Shown: positions 1 to 8,462 of the stretch, piece after piece
Layout of the letters: every line of letters starts with the position of its first letter
How positions within the stretch are numbered: position 1 is the first letter of the stretch
Source of the DNA: Acutalibacteraceae bacterium
GTDB taxonomy: Bacteria; Bacillota; Clostridia; Oscillospirales; Ruminococcaceae
DNA: 43,179 nt
NCBI GenBank assembly: GCA_963648915.1
Contig: CAVJGY010000001.1
Coordinates: 1 to 43,179 of the forward strand
Reading direction: 5' to 3'
Made by a program: the position numbers and the translations under genes
The notes under the pieces: generated by a model
Told to the model about the DNA's origin: nothing
What the model saw: the letters and a program-made list of their open reading frames with translations, nothing else
Database searches by the model: none

Positions 1-28
1 CCCGAGGCACAGGGCGAATATTAAGTTT

Positions 29-76
29 TAACACAAAAGGAGCAGGTGTCCTAGGACACCTGCTCCTTTTGTGTTA
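29..76. terminator. Perfect 48-bp palindrome, probable bidirectional intrinsic terminator
   Basis: TAACACAAAAGGAGCAGGTGTCCT|AGGACACCTGCTCCTTTTGTGTTA, with A/T tracts on both arms. It lies just past the stop of the minus-strand gene at 81 and after a plus-strand TAA at 22-24. Confidence 0.75.
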
Positions 77-80
77 TTTA

Positions 81-1205
81 TCAGACCTTTTTCAGGACAT
101 ACTTGCGTGTGCCCATACCGATCTTTTCGGCCTGCTCCAAGGTCGCCTTCCACTCGACATTCGGGTTCGAGTCCTTGAAGTGGTCGTGGTGGCAGTTCCA
201 GCCTTGCTTAGCGAGGTTCTGTCCCAGCTGGCTGTTTGCGATGGGCGTTGCAGCCTGACATGCGTCCACACAAGCCTGATCGAGGGCGACCGGGTCGAAG
301 GACGCGAACATGCCGATATCCGGCAGGATGGGTGCGTCGTTCTCGCCGTGGCAGTCGCAGTTGGGGCTGACGTCCTGCACGAGGCTGATATGGAAGCAGG
401 GACGGCCCGCGCAGACGGCTGCTGCATACTCGGCCATCTTCCGGTCAAGCATCTCATTCGCGCTGTCATAGAGAGAATAAATGGCGTCAAAGTTGCACGC
501 GCCGATGCAGCGACCGCAGCCCTTGCACTTGTCCTGATCGATGACGGCCTTGTTCTTTTCGTTGTAAGTAATGGCGTCCGAGCCGCACTCCTTGGCGCAG
601 CGGTGGCAGCCACGGCAGAGGTCCTCCTGCACGGCCGGATGACCGGAAGCGTGCTGCTCCATCTTGCCTGCACGAGAGCCGCAGCCCATGCCGATGTTCT
701 TGAGTGCACCGCCGAAGCCGGTGGACTCGTGACCCTTGAAGTGGCTCAGGCTGATAAAGATATCCGCATCCATGATGGCGCGGCCGATCTTCGCGGTCTT
801 GCAGTATTCGCCGTTCGGGACGGGGACTTCGATCTCATCCGTGCCGCGCAGACCGTCGCCGATGATGATCTGGCATCCGGTCGTCATCGGCCAGAAGCCG
901 TTGGTCTGGGCGCAGGTCAGATGCTCGAGGGCATTCTTGCGGCTGCCCGGATACAGGGTGTTGCAGTCGGTCAGGAAGGGCAGACCGCCCTGCTCCTTGC
1001 ACAGGTCGGCGACCACCTTCGCATAATTGGGGCGCAGATAAGCCAGATTGCCCAGCTCACCGAAGTGCATCTTGATAGCGACAAATTTGCCATCCATGTC
1101 GATGTTCTTGATGCCAGCCGCGATACAGACCCGGCGCAGCTTCTCGGTCAGGCTCGTGCCGACCGGACAACGGAAATCGGTGTAATAGACCGTCGATGCT
1201 TCCAT
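81..1205 (-). CDS. DUF362-family protein with a 2x[4Fe-4S] ferredoxin domain
   Basis: Motifs VAIKMHFGE and SLSHFKGH...GFGGALKNIGMG, plus CRGCHRCAKEC, CKGCGRCIGAC and NCDC. Start placed at ATG 1205 behind GGAGG. Confidence 0.85.
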   Translation of the reverse strand: MEASTVYYTDFRCPVGTSLTEKLRRVCIAAGIKNIDMDGKFVAIKMHFGELGNLAYLRPNYAKVVADLCKEQGGLPFLTDCNTLYPGSRKNALEHLTCAQTNGFWPMTTGCQIIIGDGLRGTDEIEVPVPNGEYCKTAKIGRAIMDADIFISLSHFKGHESTGFGGALKNIGMGCGSRAGKMEQHASGHPAVQEDLCRGCHRCAKECGSDAITYNEKNKAVIDQDKCKGCGRCIGACNFDAIYSLYDSANEMLDRKMAEYAAAVCAGRPCFHISLVQDVSPNCDCHGENDAPILPDIGMFASFDPVALDQACVDACQAATPIANSQLGQNLAKQGWNCHHDHFKDSNPNVEWKATLEQAEKIGMGTRKYVLKKV

Positions 1206-1297
1206 TGGTTCTACCTCCATCATTTGTCTTTCTTCCCACAGCGCGCTTCGCCGTGGCTCTCTTTTTTCCTGAGAAAAGTATAGCACACTTTCCCGGC

Positions 1298-1332
1298 AAA
1301 GAAAAGACGAGCCTCCGAATGGAGGCTCGTCT
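1298..1332 (-). terminator. Intrinsic terminator of uppP
   Basis: AGACGAGCCTCC-gaat-GGAGGCTCGTCT stem followed by a T-rich tail on the minus strand. Confidence 0.7.
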
Positions 1333-1344
1333 CAGGGAACATTT

Positions 1345-2175
1345 TTAAGCGATCGCAGTGACCGCAGCCACGGCGAGAACGATGACGCCGAGGACGATAC
1401 GATAGAGGCCAAAGACCTTGAAGTTATGACGCTTGACGTAATCCATCAGGAAACGGATGGCCGCAAGGCTAACGACGAAGGCGACGACACAGCCCACGAT
1501 GAGGACAGCCAGCTCGGTGGTCGTCATGGCGACGCCGGAGAGGGCGAACTTGACGACCTTGAGCAGGGATGCGCCCGCCATGACGGGGATCGCCAGATAG
1601 AAGGTGAACTCAGCGACACAGGCACGGGACAGACCCAGCAGCAGGCCGCCGACGATGGTCGCACCGGAGCGGGACGTGCCCGGGATGATGGCGAGCATCT
1701 GCCAGACACCGACGATGAAAGCTTCCTTATAGGTGATCTGGTCAAGGTGGGTGACATGCGGTGCAGTGTGACGGTTCTCCACAACGATGAAGAGGATGCC
1801 GTAGAGAATCAGCATGGCGGCAACGGTGATGTAGTTGTAGAAGTGATCCTCCATCCAGTTGTCCAGCGGGCTGATGATGAGCACCGGAATGGTCGCGACC
1901 ACGACCTTGAACCAGAGCTGCCAGACCGAGGGCTTCGAGACGACCCGGCCGTGCTGAACGCCGAAGGGCCAGAGCTTCGACCAGAACAGAACGACGACCG
2001 CCAGAATTGCGCCCAGCTGGATGACGACGCGGAACATCGACATGAACTCTTCGCTTGCGTTGAACTGGACGATCTGCTCAAGCAGGATCATATGACCTGT
2101 GGACGAGATGGGGAGCCACTCGGTGATGCCCTCCACGATGCCCATCAGGATGGCTTTGATGATTTCTAAAAACAT
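1345..2175 (-). CDS. uppP: Undecaprenyl-diphosphate phosphatase (BacA/UppP)
   Basis: Motifs GIVEGITEWLPISSTGH and IPGTSRSGATI, multiple transmembrane segments, AGGAGG RBS. Confidence 0.95.
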   Translation of the reverse strand: MFLEIIKAILMGIVEGITEWLPISSTGHMILLEQIVQFNASEEFMSMFRVVIQLGAILAVVVLFWSKLWPFGVQHGRVVSKPSVWQLWFKVVVATIPVLIISPLDNWMEDHFYNYITVAAMLILYGILFIVVENRHTAPHVTHLDQITYKEAFIVGVWQMLAIIPGTSRSGATIVGGLLLGLSRACVAEFTFYLAIPVMAGASLLKVVKFALSGVAMTTTELAVLIVGCVVAFVVSLAAIRFLMDYVKRHNFKVFGLYRIVLGVIVLAVAAVTAIA

Positions 2176-2384
2176 GTATTTTCCTCCTGAATTTATGTAA
2201 CACGGTTTTGCGTCTCTCAGTATACCATATTATGTCGTCAAGTGCACCCAAAACACGAAAATTTTACGCTCCGCTCTGGTATTTATCTGGGTGAACAAAT
2301 GTGGTATACTGGTTTTATCCTATCGCCGGAACGAAAACCATCTTTATCCGATTTTTAAACAAAATAACAACGAGGTGACTCTCT

Positions 2385-2798
2385 ATGAATATTCTGGTCA
2401 TCGGCTGCGATCAGGTCGGCGCATCTCTGGTGCGCGATCTGGAACGCATCGGCCACGACATCTCCCTCATCGAAAAGGATTCCGAACAGCTCAAGCGGCT
2501 GGACAGCTTTGACGATTACCGCTTCGGCGGTACGGCTCTGGTGGGCGACCCCACCGACCCCGACATCCTGAAGCAGGGCGGCATCGAGAACTGCGATGCC
2601 GTTGCAGCCGTCAGTGAGGACGACTCCATCAACCTGATGGCGGCACAAATTGCAAAGAACATCTTCCAGCGGGAAAAGGTCATCTGCCGCGTCTCTGACC
2701 CCCACCTGCAGCTGCTCTACCACAAGTACTATGGTCTGGAGACCATCTGCCCGACCGTTTTGACCGAGCAGGCCGTGTTCCGCACGCTGTCGAAATGA
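2385..2798 (+). CDS. TrkA/KtrA-family NAD-binding protein (RCK_N domain only)
   Basis: N-terminal MNILVIGCDQVG and GDPTDPDIL..GGIENCDAVAAVSEDDSINL. At 137 aa it lacks RCK_C. Confidence 0.85.
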   Translation: MNILVIGCDQVGASLVRDLERIGHDISLIEKDSEQLKRLDSFDDYRFGGTALVGDPTDPDILKQGGIENCDAVAAVSEDDSINLMAAQIAKNIFQREKVICRVSDPHLQLLYHKYYGLETICPTVLTEQAVFRTLSK

Positions 2799-2838
2799 CC
2801 CGCCCTTTATGATACTATGAGTATAGTGAGGTTATAAT

Positions 2839-3504
2839 ATGAAAGTTTGTATTGCCGGTGGCGGCCGAGTCGGGCGATATTTAGCGCAAAGCCTGCTCGC
2901 CAACCACCATTCCATTATCATGATCGAGCCCGTGGAGGCACAGTGCCGGATGCTGGCCGACACGCTGGACACCCCGGTCATCTGCGGCAGTTCGGTCAGC
3001 GTGGACACCCTGCGCACCGCCGATGTTGCCAGCTGTGACGCATTCGTGGCCGTGACGGGTTCGGACGAGGACAACCTCATCGCCTGCCAAATCGCAAAAC
3101 AGGAATTCGGTGTTGACCGCACGGTGGCGCGGGCTTCCAACCCGAAGAACCGGACGCTTCTCCACACCCTCGGCGTGGACACTGTGGTCTGCGGCACGGA
3201 CAACCTGAGTCACATCCTCGAGCGGGAAATTGAAACAGACACCATTCGTCAGCTCCTCTCGCTGGGCGGCGGCACGGCCAGCCTGAACGAGATCCTTCTG
3301 CCCGAGAACTTCAAGTTTGCGGGCAAAGCCATCATGGATATTCCCATCCCGGGCGATGCGATCCTTGTCAGCATCACCCGCGACACTGAGTTCATCATCC
3401 CGCACGGCAACACGGTGCTCCTGCCTTGGGACCACATCCTCTGCCTGACGCAGGACGACACCCTTCACCTCCTGACCGAGGCCTGGGGCCTCTCAGACAA
3501 GTGA
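2839..3504 (+). CDS. trkA: TrkA-family potassium uptake regulatory protein (RCK_N + RCK_C)
   Basis: IAGGGRVG Rossmann motif, AVTGSDEDNL, and a C-terminal IIPHGNTVL RCK_C motif. Confidence 0.85.
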   Translation: MKVCIAGGGRVGRYLAQSLLANHHSIIMIEPVEAQCRMLADTLDTPVICGSSVSVDTLRTADVASCDAFVAVTGSDEDNLIACQIAKQEFGVDRTVARASNPKNRTLLHTLGVDTVVCGTDNLSHILEREIETDTIRQLLSLGGGTASLNEILLPENFKFAGKAIMDIPIPGDAILVSITRDTEFIIPHGNTVLLPWDHILCLTQDDTLHLLTEAWGLSDK

Positions 3505-3932
3505 CCGAGAAAGACCTGCGGCGAACTGCCGTCATCGTTCCGCCGCGGGGACGCTCTGTCCTCTGTGTCTGGCTCGCGATTCCCGGACTGCTGGCCGCGC
3601 CCTTCGTGTTCTGGCAGAGCGTCTTTGCCGGAGTGGTATTTTGCATGCTCTGGTGTATCCTGCTCAGTCTGCTCTATGTCCGGCTGTGCAGCTTTGCCGC
3701 CGTACTGGGCGCGAACACCCTGACCGTTTACGCAGGTGTAGTGCTTCCTGTTCGGCGGGTCGTTCCGCGCCGGGCAGTCACAGGCGTATACCAGCTTCGG
3801 ACACCGCTTCTGCGGCTGGCCGGAACGAGCGTTCTCCTCATCTCGACTCCCGGCTCTCAGCTCCTCCTGCCCGCTGTTCCGGCAGCACAGGCCGGACTGC
3901 TGGCGCATGTCCTCGCGGAGGAACGCCCATGA
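3501..3932 (+). CDS. Small membrane protein with probable bacterial PH (bPH_2, YdbS-like) domain
   Basis: GTG start overlaps the trkA stop (GTGA). Two TM helices are followed by LTVYAGV..RRVVPRRAVTGVYQLRTPLLRLAG, the bPH_2 pattern. Confidence 0.65.
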   Translation: MTEKDLRRTAVIVPPRGRSVLCVWLAIPGLLAAPFVFWQSVFAGVVFCMLWCILLSLLYVRLCSFAAVLGANTLTVYAGVVLPVRRVVPRRAVTGVYQLRTPLLRLAGTSVLLISTPGSQLLLPAVPAAQAGLLAHVLAEERP

Positions 3933-5305
3933 CCGAGAAGCATTTTCACCCCTTCATGGCGTTGCGGTTTCTGCGGAAAACGCTGGCGGTCTATCTCCTG
4001 CCCCTCATCAATGTTCTGTTTGCGCGGAACTGGACGGCACTCTGGACAGCCCTCAAGCAGGACTTATTCATCTTCCTTGTGATGGCGGGCATCAGCTGGG
4101 TCATCCTCAACGCCAGCAGTTGGTCGCTGGACGAGCAGGACACCCTGCACATCCACTGGAAGCTCTTCTACCATCTCGACCGTGCCATTCCCGGCGAGGC
4201 ACTGGCCGCGCTCACCATCGAGCGGCCTGTTTTTTTCCGTCTTGGTGGGGCGAGCCGGGTCGTTCTGTATCCGGCCGGGCAGTCAAAGAAGCGGACGTTT
4301 TCGCTCTGTCTGGAAAAGGAGGACGCTCACCTTCTGGCCGACCGTCTGCTCCCCATCGAACACCCCAACCTCCACCGTCCCAGCGGCGGTGAACGGATGG
4401 CCTTGGTGCTGCTGGGTGCAAACAGCATCTCGACCCTCACCCTTTTGGCTCTGGCCGTCCGGCAGACCGAGCAGCTTCCCGAGGACGCCCAGACCATCGC
4501 CTTTTTCCAGTTCAACTTTCTGACGGCATTTGCGGCGCGGTGGCTTCCGGCGGGTGCGGCGTGGCTGCTGGTTCTGGCCGCGACTGTTTTCGGCACGAGC
4601 CTGCTGAGAAGCTTTGCGCAGACTGTGCGGTACGAGGTCTGGAAAACGGACGACCAAATCGGGAGCAAGGGCGGTTGGCTGCAAAAGTTCGAGTGCCGTG
4701 TCCGAAGCTCTCAGATCAGCTTTGCCGACGTCCGGTTCTCTCCGGCGGCACGGCTGCTCAAACGCTGGCCGGTCTTTGTGACGGCGGGCTGCTGCTCGCC
4801 GGAGCTTCCCCTGTTCGTTTACCGTTCCGGCGAAGAAGAGATGTTCCGGGAACTGCTCCCCGATTTCCGGATGCCGCCCGAAATTCTGGCAGACACCCGC
4901 CAGCGGAGCAAAATTTTCTTCGCCCCGGCGGGCGTCCCCTTCGCGCTCTGTCTGCTGCTGGTGTTCGTCTCCCGGTACACCCTGCCCGCACTGACGCCCA
5001 CCCTGATGATCCCCACCTTGATCTCCCTGCTGTTTCTGGCGGGCGCATGGATGGGCTATCGGCAGGAGGGCATCTGGCCGCAGGACGGGCGGCTGACTCT
5101 CCGGCGGCAGAGGGGGCTTTACCTGCACTGCATCTGTGCGTTCCACCCCGACCTCTGTCTGACGGCGGTACAATCGCCGTGGGCACTGGCGGTGAATCGT
5201 CTCACCCTGACTCTGATGTTTCCCGGAAAAATCAAGCTCAAGGTCCGCAGCATCCCCGAAGCGGATGCGGAACGCTGTTTTTCCAACGCGGAGCATTCCA
5301 ATTAA
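3929..5305 (+). CDS. Membrane protein with repeated bPH_2-like domains (YdbT-like)
   Basis: ATGA overlap with the upstream gene, alternating TM pairs and soluble segments (IERPVFFRLGG, QSPWALAVNRLTLTL). True start is MTEKHFHPF. Confidence 0.65.
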   Translation: MTEKHFHPFMALRFLRKTLAVYLLPLINVLFARNWTALWTALKQDLFIFLVMAGISWVILNASSWSLDEQDTLHIHWKLFYHLDRAIPGEALAALTIERPVFFRLGGASRVVLYPAGQSKKRTFSLCLEKEDAHLLADRLLPIEHPNLHRPSGGERMALVLLGANSISTLTLLALAVRQTEQLPEDAQTIAFFQFNFLTAFAARWLPAGAAWLLVLAATVFGTSLLRSFAQTVRYEVWKTDDQIGSKGGWLQKFECRVRSSQISFADVRFSPAARLLKRWPVFVTAGCCSPELPLFVYRSGEEEMFRELLPDFRMPPEILADTRQRSKIFFAPAGVPFALCLLLVFVSRYTLPALTPTLMIPTLISLLFLAGAWMGYRQEGIWPQDGRLTLRRQRGLYLHCICAFHPDLCLTAVQSPWALAVNRLTLTLMFPGKIKLKVRSIPEADAERCFSNAEHSN

Positions 5306-5320
5306 AAGAAGGCATTTCTC

Positions 5321-5983
5321 ATGATAAAAACCATCCTTTTCGACCTTGACGGCACCCTGCTGAACACCATCGACGACCTTGCCGATGCCGGAAACTGGGT
5401 CTGCACTCAACACGGCTGGCCGACCTTCACGGTCGAGCAATTCAAGCACATGGTCGGCAACGGCATCCCGAAGCTCATCGAGCGGTTCTCGCCCGAGACC
5501 GCCCGGACGCCCGAGCAGCTGGCCGCGACGCTGGCCGAATTCACCGCCCGGTACGACGCCCATAAAGAGGACAAGACCGCACCCTATCCGGGCATCCCGG
5601 AACTGCTGGCCGCACTGAAATCTGAGGGCATCCAGACCGCTGTCTTTTCCAACAAGGCCGACCCGCTTTGTGGAAAGATCATCGCCCATTACTTCGGTGA
5701 GGACAGCTTTTCCATCGTGCGCGGAAGCCGCCCGGACGTCCCCACCAAGCCCGACCCGACCGGGGTGTATTCTCTGATGCACGACCTCGGCGCAGAGGCT
5801 TCCTCGACCCTGTTCGTGGGCGACAGCGATGTGGACATCCTGACCGGACACAACGCCGGACTTCCTGCGATGGGTGCGCTCTGGGGCTTCCGGGGCGAAG
5901 CGGAACTGACCGCCGCCGGTGCGGATGCACTGGCCGCTGTCCCGGCGGACATCCTCGAGTATGTTCACAGGGCAAATCAGTAA
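5321..5983 (+). CDS. HAD-superfamily hydrolase (phosphoglycolate phosphatase-like)
   Basis: HAD motifs I-IV: FDLDGTL, SNK, KPDP, VGDSDVD. Confidence 0.9.
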   Translation: MIKTILFDLDGTLLNTIDDLADAGNWVCTQHGWPTFTVEQFKHMVGNGIPKLIERFSPETARTPEQLAATLAEFTARYDAHKEDKTAPYPGIPELLAALKSEGIQTAVFSNKADPLCGKIIAHYFGEDSFSIVRGSRPDVPTKPDPTGVYSLMHDLGAEASSTLFVGDSDVDILTGHNAGLPAMGALWGFRGEAELTAAGADALAAVPADILEYVHRANQ

Positions 5984-6006
5984 ACTAAGCGCATTTTTTG
6001 AGATGC

Positions 6007-6065
6007 AAAAACAGGCGTGCCGCCCTTCCCGGGTTTCTGAGCGGGAAAGGCGGCACGCCTGCTTT
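6007..6065. terminator. Bidirectional terminator between convergent genes
   Basis: CAGGCGTGCCGCC ... GGCGGCACGCCTG stem flanked by AAAAA and TTT. Confidence 0.7.
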
Positions 6066-6113
6066 GATTGGATTCTGTATCAGGAGAGAATTTCTGGTAT
6101 CGTAGGTTGTAGG

Positions 6114-6914
6114 TTACGGACGCTGACCCATGCCGCCCTCGAGCGTCAGGGTCTCACCCGACATATACTTGAAGTCAGGCATTGCCAGCTGGACACAGAC
6201 GCGGCCGATCTCCAGCTCTGCGTTTCCGTAGTGGCCCATCGGGGGCATCTTGACGTTGGCCTTGAATGCGTCGGGATATGCTTCCTTGAACTGCTCCAGC
6301 TTTGCAGTCCATGCCAGCGGGCAGACGACATTGACATTGATGCCATCCTTGCCCCACTCAGTCGCGGCGACGCGGGACATGCCGCGGATGCCTTCCTTTG
6401 CGGCAGCGTAGGCACTCTGACCGAAGTTGCCGAACAGACCTGCGCCGGATGCGAAGTTGATGACACTGCCGTGAGACTCGGCCAGGTAGGGGTAGCAGGC
6501 CTTCATATAGTAGAAGGCGGCGTACAGGCCGGAGTACAGAGCCAGATCAAACTGCTCGGTGGTGTGGTCGGCCAGAGGAACGCCGGAGGCCGAAGCCTGT
6601 GCGTTGTTGATGAGCACCTGAATGCCGCCGAAGGTATCGACCGCCTGCTTGACGACATTTGCCACGACTGCTTCGTTGTCGCCGCCTGCGCAGACATCTG
6701 CCTGCACGGTCAGGACCTTGACGCCGTACTTGCTTTCCAATTCCTGCTTGGCCTCGTCCAGCTTCTTGACATTGCGGCCGGTAATGACGAGGTTCGCGCC
6801 CTCTTTTGCATAGGCGGTGGCGATGCCATAGCCGATCGAACCACAGCTTCCGTCTTTCAGAACGGCGCGTCCTGCGCCCGTGATGATGACAGTCTTACCC
6901 GTTAAAAAGCCCAT
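6114..6914 (-). CDS. SDR oxidoreductase, probable bile-acid 12alpha-hydroxysteroid dehydrogenase
   Basis: Start MGFLTGKTVIITGAG, catalytic YAAAK, and signature stretches SIGYGIA..YAKEGANLV.TGRN, NNAQASASG, YSGLYA.FYYM and PDFKYMSGETLTLEGGMGQRP that I recall from clostridial 12alpha-HSDHs. GAGGAGG RBS. Confidence 0.8.
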   Translation of the reverse strand: MGFLTGKTVIITGAGRAVLKDGSCGSIGYGIATAYAKEGANLVITGRNVKKLDEAKQELESKYGVKVLTVQADVCAGGDNEAVVANVVKQAVDTFGGIQVLINNAQASASGVPLADHTTEQFDLALYSGLYAAFYYMKACYPYLAESHGSVINFASGAGLFGNFGQSAYAAAKEGIRGMSRVAATEWGKDGINVNVVCPLAWTAKLEQFKEAYPDAFKANVKMPPMGHYGNAELEIGRVCVQLAMPDFKYMSGETLTLEGGMGQRP

Positions 6915-7146
6915 AGTGACAGCCTCCTCGTTTTTTCTTTTGTTTCGGTTGCTTTTTGTGCTTTTATTGTAACCGCAAAGACGATTGTTGTAAAATAGTC
7001 TTTTTATGGCTTGTTTGATAGATTTTAGGAATCGATTTTGCCATGTATATATCAATTTTTCAAATCGTTCACAGAAACTTCCTTGAAGTGTAAACGACTG
7101 GAATTTATAATGGACAGCATCATTTTCGATTCAGGAGGGTTTTGTG

Positions 7147-7812
7147 ATGGGAACTGAGAAGAAGAATTCCCCCAACGTGGAAAGCCGTCTGCGCCACATC
7201 CTGAAGATGCCGCAGGAGGTCTATTCGGCCAGCGGCATCGTCATCAACGGCCGACGGCTCAAGAGCTTTGTTTTTACGACCGACCTTGCCATCATCCGGA
7301 ACTGTGATGCAGACGCGGTCTTTGCCGTTTATCCGTTCACGCCCCAGCAGGCCATCAGCCACGCCATCATTCAGGCATCTTACATCCCGGTGTTCTGCGG
7401 CGTCGGCGGCGGCACGACCAAGGGCGTCCGCACCCTGACGCTGGCGCAGGACGTCGAGGGACAGGGCGCAATGGGCATCGTCCTGAACTCACCCATCTCC
7501 GACCTCAACCTTCTGGCGGTCTCTCGCGTGGTGGACATCCCGGTCATCATCACGGTGACGAAGGAGGACACCGACATCGCCGCCCGTCTGGACGCAGGCG
7601 CATCCATCCTGAACGTCGCGTGCAGCACCGACACGCCCCGGGTCGTCCGGAAGATCCGGGAGCAGTTCCCGGACGTCCCCATCATTGCCAGCGGCGGAAA
7701 AACGGGCGAGACCATCTCCGAGACCATTGCCGCCGGAGCAAATGCCATCACTTACACGCCGCCGTCCCCGGCTGTGCTGTTCAAAGAGATGATGGAGAAA
7801 TATAGAGAGTAA
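7147..7812 (+). CDS. Conserved Firmicutes TIM-barrel-like protein (usually annotated 'hydrolase')
   Basis: AGGAGG RBS, motifs GVGGGTTKG and PIIASGG..TIAAGANAITYTPP (phosphate-binding TIM-barrel-like end). Function not assignable. Confidence 0.7.
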   Translation: MGTEKKNSPNVESRLRHILKMPQEVYSASGIVINGRRLKSFVFTTDLAIIRNCDADAVFAVYPFTPQQAISHAIIQASYIPVFCGVGGGTTKGVRTLTLAQDVEGQGAMGIVLNSPISDLNLLAVSRVVDIPVIITVTKEDTDIAARLDAGASILNVACSTDTPRVVRKIREQFPDVPIIASGGKTGETISETIAAGANAITYTPPSPAVLFKEMMEKYRE

Positions 7813-7813
7813 G

Positions 7814-7863
7814 AACGAGGGTTGAGAGTCCGCAAAGCGGACTCTCAACCCTCGTTTGGTTTT
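7814..7863 (+). terminator. Intrinsic terminator
   Basis: 20-bp perfect stem AACGAGGGTTGAGAGTCCGC-aaa-GCGGACTCTCAACCCTCGTT followed by TGGTTTTT. Confidence 0.8.
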
Positions 7864-7914
7864 CAGGCGGGAATACACGGCAGTCTCGCCCCGTAGACAT
7901 TCCTCAAGGTCTTG

Positions 7915-7995
7915 GACCCGCGGGCTAAACAAATCCCCACTGGGGATTTGTTTGCGGCTTGCGAGCCGCCGCCCTGTTCGATTCCCGTCGGGTCA
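7915..7995 (+). repeat. Multi-hairpin element ending in an inverted copy of the tRNA-Glu 3' end
   Basis: GTTCGATTCCCGT-CGGGTCA at 7976-7995 matches the tRNA 3' end GTTCGATTCCCGTACGGGTCA in the opposite orientation. Internal hairpins at 7927-7953 and 7954-7969. Confidence 0.6.
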
Positions 7996-7999
7996 AAAT

Positions 8000-8037
8000 T
8001 AAAAACGCCTCTGCGCGAATGCGCAAAGGCGTTTTTA
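8000..8037. terminator. Terminator of the tRNA operon
   Basis: TAAAAACGCCTCTGCGC-gaat-GCGCAAAGGCGTTTTTA immediately 3' of tRNA-Glu. Confidence 0.75.
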
Positions 8038-8109
8038 TGACCCGTACGGGAATCGAACCCATGTTACAGCCGTGAAAGGGCCGTGTCTTAACCGCTTGAC
8101 CAACGGGCC
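8038..8109 (-). tRNA. tRNA-Glu (TTC), CCA not encoded
   Basis: GGCCCGTTGGTCAAGCGGTTAAGACACGGCCCTTTCACGGCTGTAACATGGGTTCGATTCCCGTACGGGTCA folds as a cloverleaf. Confidence 0.96.
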
Positions 8110-8200
8110 TTATAAATACAGAGCTTCGCTAAAACCTCCGACTTCCATCATCCACTATTGCAGACGACCGTCCCCCATATCTTAGCGAAACTCTGTCACA

Positions 8201-8277
8201 TGGTAGCGGTAACTGGATTCGAACCGGTGACACTTCGGGTATGAACCGAATGCTCTAGCCAACTGAGCTATACCGCC
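8201..8277 (-). tRNA. tRNA-Met (CAT), elongator type, CCA encoded
   Basis: GGCGGTATAGCTCAGTTGGCTAGAGCATTCGGTTCATACCCGAAGTGTCACCGGTTCGAATCCAGTTACCGCTACCA. It lacks the initiator GGG/CCC anticodon stem. Confidence 0.93.
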
Positions 8278-8311
8278 ATATTTATTTATCGCACTTGAAC
8301 GGTGCTTTATT

Positions 8312-8340
8312 ATTATATCCAGCCACGGACGATTTGTCAA
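8312..8340 (-). promoter_or_regulatory. Consensus sigmaA promoter of the tRNA-Met/tRNA-Glu operon
   Basis: TTGACA-17 bp-TATAAT with an A/T-tract UP-like element at 8341-8370. Confidence 0.9.
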
Positions 8341-8391
8341 CAGCTTTTTTCAAAAAAATTAACTTTTTTCGCTTTGTCTCTTTTTCCCAGC

Positions 8392-8433
8392 AAAAAACCG
8401 CTGCCTGCACCGTTTGGCACAGACAGCGGTTTT
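8392..8433 (-). terminator. serS terminator
   Basis: AAAACCGCTG ... CAGCGGTTTT stem with a T-tract on the minus strand. Confidence 0.7.
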
Positions 8434-8462
8434 CAACATGTTTTGGGGATTTAGTTTAAAGC

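Noticed and set aside
1..24. 3' end of an upstream plus-strand gene (PEAQGEY*)
   Set aside because: Too short to identify. It is supported only by the adjacent bidirectional terminator.
7976..7995. attL/attR scar of an integrated element at tRNA-Glu
   Set aside because: The duplication is inverted rather than direct, and no integrase or cargo is present.
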